64,000 nt of DNA from Myxococcota bacterium (lineage in GTDB: Bacteria > Myxococcota_A > UBA9160 > UBA4427), in assembly GCA_965250285.1 (NCBI GenBank), contig OZ252299.1:5408001-5472000 (forward strand). The letters are read 5' to 3'. Below are positions 60,369 to 64,000 of this stretch, piece by piece. The notes beneath the pieces are model-generated. The model worked only from the letters and a program-made list of their open reading frames with translations, was not told the DNA's origin and did not search any database. The position numbers were made by a program, and so were the translations under genes. Position 1 is the first letter of the stretch. The number at the start of each line of letters is the position of its first letter.

Positions 60369-60710
60369 ATGACGCGTCGAACTCCGCTCCTCATCTTCGG
60401 AACCTTGGCATTCGGCATGCTGGTAGCGTGCTCGCCCGACGTATGGAGCGCACAAGAGCTCTCCGACTGGCACGCGCGAAACGCGGAGGGTTCGCCGCAC
60501 TACAGTCCGCTCTACTACACCGGTACCGACGACGACTACCACCACTTTAAGTGTCGCGCGATGGACACGTGGGTTGTAGTTCGCGTACCGCGGGACCAGA
60601 TCACGATTCCCGAGGTCCCGGCGTCACAAGATCCCGGTGCCGTGCCACGGCTGTACGCTGTCGACCCAGCGAATGACTATCGAATCCTCGAAGCTTCGGC
60701 AGGCCAGTAG
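60369..60710 (+). CDS. Cassette 8: small lipoprotein
   Basis: Lipobox LVAC; LYYTGTDDDYHHF. Confidence 0.72.
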   Translation: MTRRTPLLIFGTLAFGMLVACSPDVWSAQELSDWHARNAEGSPHYSPLYYTGTDDDYHHFKCRAMDTWVVVRVPRDQITIPEVPASQDPGAVPRLYAVDPANDYRILEASAGQ

Positions 60711-60723
60711 AGCGCACGCCGCT

Positions 60724-60854
60724 GCCTAACAAGCCGTTGCAGCGGACTTGCTGACGCTGAGGCGATATCGGGCCGTGGTAGAGTCACGGGCGTCCAAGGC
60801 ACTCAGTTGCTGCGAGCAAGGCCGCCGCAAGCCGCTGAACGCCGACCGTTAGGT
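60724..60854 (+). repeat. attC 8
   Basis: GCCTAAC...GTTAGGT, 131 bp. Confidence 0.93.
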
Positions 60855-60862
60855 GGCGAGAC

Positions 60863-61219
60863 TTGGAAGTTGACGACGTAACGACGCTCAATCGGCCCAC
60901 TGGCCCGGAAGAGCTCGCCCTCGTCGAGCAGTCCGGCTTTCGTCGTTGGCCGCCTCGACTGCCTGAGCAGCCGATCTTCTATCCAGTCACGAATGAAGCC
61001 TACGCCGTCGAAATCGCCAAGAACTGGAACGCCCGCGACGGCAAAGCCGGGTACGTAACCCGATTCAGCGTTCGGTCTAGTTTCATGAGCCAGTACGAGA
61101 TCCAAACTGTGGGCGCCAAGCATCACACAGAGTGGTGGGTGCCTGCCGACGAACTCGACGAGCTGAATGACAACATCGTCGGCACGATCGAAGTCATCCA
61201 GGCGTTCGATCCGAGCTGA
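60863..61219 (+). CDS. Cassette 9: conserved small protein of the PPRLPEQPIFYPV family (often labelled ADP-ribosylation/crystallin J1)
   Basis: RPTGPEELAL...WPPRLPEQPIFYPVTNEAYA...WN...GYVTRF...EWWVPADELDELNDNIVG. Confidence 0.8.
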   Translation: MEVDDVTTLNRPTGPEELALVEQSGFRRWPPRLPEQPIFYPVTNEAYAVEIAKNWNARDGKAGYVTRFSVRSSFMSQYEIQTVGAKHHTEWWVPADELDELNDNIVGTIEVIQAFDPS

Positions 61220-61229
61220 CGCGCTCGCC

Positions 61230-61360
61230 ACCTAACAAGCCGTTGCAGCGGACTTGCTCCCGCTGAGGCGATATCGGGCCGTGGTAAACTGGCCGGCGTC
61301 CGAGGCATTCAGCCGCTGCGAGCCAGGTCGCCGCAAGCCGCTGAACGCCGACCGTTAGGC
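61230..61360 (+). repeat. attC 9
   Basis: ACCTAAC...GTTAGGC, 131 bp. Confidence 0.93.
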
Positions 61361-61634
61361 CGCGTGGCACAAGGCTCTCTAGTTGTTGGGTGCCGATTCC
61401 TGCCCACCGCCTTCCCGAATCGGGCAGCTCGTTGCGAGCTCTGGCGTTGGCTGATCTGCTTGCTTCGCCCTTAGGTCACTCCCAATAGATCGCATGTGAC
61501 GCATCGCCAAAGTGACCACAGCCGGCTCTCTCATGCGCGCTTCGCCTTCGGCCTGCTCATCCCACCCGAGAGCAGAATCGAGGCTTGGCAGGGGGTAGGA
61601 CGGCAGAGGGTCCGTCCTTCGCACGCGGTCTAAC
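61354..61634 (+). other. Cassette 10: gene-less cassette family, copy 2 (most diverged)
   Basis: 281 bp, homologous to copy 1. Confidence 0.88.
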
Positions 61635-61762
61635 AAGCCGTTGCAGCGGACATCGTCCAGCTGAGGCGATATCGGCTCTGTTAGCTTCTTGGCAACGAAC
61701 CAAGTGCGTTCTGCGGAGCCGGTCAGCAGCTGGCCGATGCCGCTGAACGCCGACCGTTAGGC
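61628..61762 (+). repeat. attC 10 (divergent, 135 bp)
   Basis: R and L boxes conserved, central region largely different. Confidence 0.9.
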
Positions 61763-61796
61763 GGCGTTTCGTGCCAAGCACGGAGTTTCAGCGACC

Positions 61797-62084
61797 GTGA
61801 CCAGCTACTTGCGGCGTGGCCCAGGTGCCAAGAAAGCTGAGGCTCTCGGCCGTGCCGAGACCGCACTCCGTGATGCTATCTCTCGGGGCGATGCTTCTAA
61901 GGCTATCGCCAAGCTCGCTGATCGCGTCCGAGACGCGAAGCTTGGCTACCTCAAAGCGAGACTCTTCGAGGCCCGCGGCGACTTCAGTCGAGACGCCCCT
62001 TCCCAGCAGGTCTCCAATCTCGAGTCCGAGCAGGCCGCTTGGTCGACGCTCTCCGTCGACGACGTCATCGACCGCTATCGCTAA
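61797..62084 (+). CDS. Cassette 11: small helical hypothetical protein
   Basis: 95 aa; GGAG upstream; fills the cassette. Confidence 0.65.
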   Translation: MTSYLRRGPGAKKAEALGRAETALRDAISRGDASKAIAKLADRVRDAKLGYLKARLFEARGDFSRDAPSQQVSNLESEQAAWSTLSVDDVIDRYR

Positions 62085-62103
62085 GGCTCGGGACTCCAAC
62101 GCC

Positions 62104-62234
62104 GCCTAACAAGCCGTTGCAGCGGACTTGCTACCGCTTGAGCCGATTTGGGTCGTGGTACCATGCCGGCAATCGATGGCGTCTCAGCAGGTTGTGCCAA
62201 ATCGGCGCAAGCCGCTGAACGCCGACCGTTAGGC
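62104..62234 (+). repeat. attC 11
   Basis: 131 bp. Confidence 0.92.
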
Positions 62235-62242
62235 GGCGTTAC

Positions 62243-62653
62243 ATGGACGATGTCGCGTACGTCCGACGGGTCATGTGGCTGCCTTCGTTCGTCCCGTTTG
62301 TGCTTGCCGCAATGGATGATCTTTCGAACTACTCCGTTGGTTCATACATCCAAAGTAGTCTCATGCTGGGAGCTGCGACCTATCCTGCCTTCGTTCTGAT
62401 CTCGCGGTACGCGTTTCGCGCCGACGGGCGGCGTGCCCATTGGGCGCTGTTGTTCGCTTCTCCCATCGCCTTTCCAGTCTTCTACGCGTCTGTGAATGGA
62501 ACGATCTGGTACTCTGAAGATGGCTGGGGCATAGGCCTGTATGTGTTTATGCTCTTCTATTCTCTCGTGCTCTGTATTCCACTCGGCTATGCATTCGCGC
62601 TCGTAGCATGGGCTGCCAGAAGACTCTGGCTCCGTCGCGACAACGCCGCCTAA
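62243..62653 (+). CDS. Cassette 12: ~4-TM membrane protein
   Basis: 136 aa, hydrophobic; TAA stop lies in the R'' box. Confidence 0.72.
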   Translation: MDDVAYVRRVMWLPSFVPFVLAAMDDLSNYSVGSYIQSSLMLGAATYPAFVLISRYAFRADGRRAHWALLFASPIAFPVFYASVNGTIWYSEDGWGIGLYVFMLFYSLVLCIPLGYAFALVAWAARRLWLRRDNAA

Positions 62654-62777
62654 CAAGCCGTTGCAGCGGACTTGCTAACGCTTGAGGCCAACCGGCTCGT
62701 GGTAGAATCTCGAAGTCCGAGGCGTTGTCAGTCGCTGTGCCAGATCGGCGCAAGCCGCTGAACGCCGACCGTTAGGC
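62648..62777 (+). repeat. attC 12
   Basis: 130 bp. Confidence 0.92.
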
Positions 62778-63052
62778 CGCGTGGCACAAGGCCCTCTAGT
62801 TGTTGGGTGCCGATTCCTGCCCACCGCCTTCTCGAATCGGGCAGCTCGTTGCGTGCTCGCCAGCTATCTGACCTGCTCGCTTCGCCCTTAGGTCACTCCC
62901 GACAGATCGCATTCGACGCATCGCCAAAGCGGCCACAACCGGCTCTCTGGGTCGAGCTTCGCCTTCGGTCTGCTGGATCCCACTCGACTGCCGAACTCCA
63001 GCTTGGCAGGGGGTAGGGCGGTAGAGGGTCTGCTCTTCGCACGCGGTCTAAC
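62771..63052 (+). other. Cassette 13: gene-less cassette family, copy 3
   Basis: 282 bp, homologous to copy 1. Confidence 0.88.
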
Positions 63053-63176
63053 AAGCCGTTGCAGCGGACTTGCTACCGCTGAGGCGATATCGGGTCGTGG
63101 TAGACTGATCAGCGTCCGAGGCGTTTAGTCGCTGCGAGCAAGGCCGCCGCAAGCCGCTGAACGCCGACCGTTAAGC
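63046..63176 (+). repeat. attC 13
   Basis: GTCTAAC...GTTAAGC, 131 bp. Confidence 0.93.
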
Positions 63177-63196
63177 GGCGAGCGCGGAGCAGACGC

Positions 63197-63586
63197 GTGT
63201 CGGCCACACGCAAACCGTATGCGGCAGAGTTCGATGGAGCGTTAGAGCTCTGGCACTCCGGCGACCCGGAGGCTGCTATCACGCAGCTGCAAGACCTGGC
63301 GGTCCGGTATCCGAACGAAGCCGCAATCCACGGCATGCTGGGCGGGTATCTCTACGACCACGGTGGCCTGCTCGAGGCCGAGCCACATGCTCGGGCAGCC
63401 GTGCGGCTGTCCCCACGGTCTCAGCTAGCCGCTCGGACCCTGTTTCACGTTCTTCACGATCTCGGTCGGCTCACGGATGCGATCGAAGAGCTCAAGCGCT
63501 TCAGGTCAGCCACCGAAAGTGACGAGCTTCGTCGCGAATGGTCGCGTCTCGTCCGAGCCGTCGAGGCCGAACTTGGCGAGCGGTGA
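63197..63586 (+). CDS. Cassette 14: TPR-like protein
   Basis: GDPEAAITQLQDLAVRYPNEAAIHGMLG...AVRLSPRSQLA...LGRLTDAIEEL; GGAG RBS. Confidence 0.78.
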   Translation: MSATRKPYAAEFDGALELWHSGDPEAAITQLQDLAVRYPNEAAIHGMLGGYLYDHGGLLEAEPHARAAVRLSPRSQLAARTLFHVLHDLGRLTDAIEELKRFRSATESDELRREWSRLVRAVEAELGER

Positions 63587-63597
63587 TTCGTCTCGCC

Positions 63598-63728
63598 GCC
63601 TAACAAGCCGTTGCAGCGGACTTGCTAACGCTGAGGTGATTTCGGGTCGTGGTAGACTGGTCGAAGTCTGAGGCGTTCAGCCGCTGCGAGCAAGGCCGCC
63701 GCAAGCCGCTGAACGCCGACCGTTAGGC
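63598..63728 (+). repeat. attC 14
   Basis: 131 bp. Confidence 0.93.
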
Positions 63729-64000
63729 CGCGTGGCACAAGGCCCTCTAGTTGTTGGGTGCCGATTCCTGCCCACCGCCTTCTCGAATCGAGCAGCTCGT
63801 TGCGAGCTCGGCAGCTAGCTGATTTGTTCGCTTCGCCCTTAGGTCACTCCCGACAGATCGCATGCGACGCATCGCCAAAGTGGCCACGGCCGGCTCTCTG
63901 GGGCGAGCTTCGCCTTCGGCCTGCTCATCCTACTTGAGTGCAGAACTCCAGCTTGGTAGAGGGTAGGGCGCCAGGGGGTCTGCTCTTCGCACGCGGTCTA
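63722..64000 (+). other. Cassette 15: gene-less cassette family, copy 4 (its attC lies beyond the window)
   Basis: Homologous to copy 1; window ends in CACGCGGTCTA. Confidence 0.88.

Larger units (their letters stand above)
54777..64000 (+). mobile_element. Chromosomal integron with at least 15 cassettes (continues beyond the window)
   Basis: intI, attI core, 14 homologous attC sites; cassette genes are less GC-rich than the backbone. Confidence 0.96.

Noticed and set aside
61379..61636. 85-aa minus-strand ORF as the gene of the repeated cassette
   Set aside because: Frameshifted in copy 1 and stopped early in copy 4; the 62807-63016 ORF is likewise not reported in the other copies.
56324..63671. 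Short ORFs containing LTSRCSGL...QAAERRPL or RLTVGVQRLAA
   Set aside because: These are translations of the attC repeat itself.
56424..63728. attC repeats as a CRISPR array
   Set aside because: Repeats are ~131 bp with RYYTAAC/GTTRRRY ends, are separated by genes and lie next to intI.

Overview
High-GC bacterial chromosome segment. PEP-CTERM proteins, DUF1329 and lipid-catabolic genes suggest a Myxococcota/deltaproteobacteria-like organism (inference). Bases 1-54469 hold ordinary metabolic and envelope genes: two M48 peptidases, two type-B carboxylesterases, a CoA-transferase, an SDR, an octaheme cytochrome-TPR protein, aroB, a GH13, tag, an acyl-CoA synthetase, SGNH+MBOAT, nrfHA, nagZ, thiolase/HAD and an RND pump. 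From 54777 to the window end lies a chromosomal integron: an intact intI co-oriented with its cassettes, an attI core at 55990, 14 complete attC sites of 130-135 bp and at least 15 cassettes. Best candidates for new biology: (1) all 14 attC sites carry an extended -10 motif TGnTAnnnT at a fixed offset in the central variable region, suggesting each attC is a promoter for the next cassette; (2) a ~281-bp cassette with no conserved long ORF and with self-complementary ends occurs four times, a candidate structured ncRNA or small-peptide cassette; (3) a two-gene wHTH + HEPN-like cassette is a candidate defence or toxin-antitoxin module. Also notable are a circularly permuted NPP-family enzyme, a CxxCH-type NrfA and duplications of gene 3' ends. 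All calls come from reading the sequence by eye; no database searches were run.
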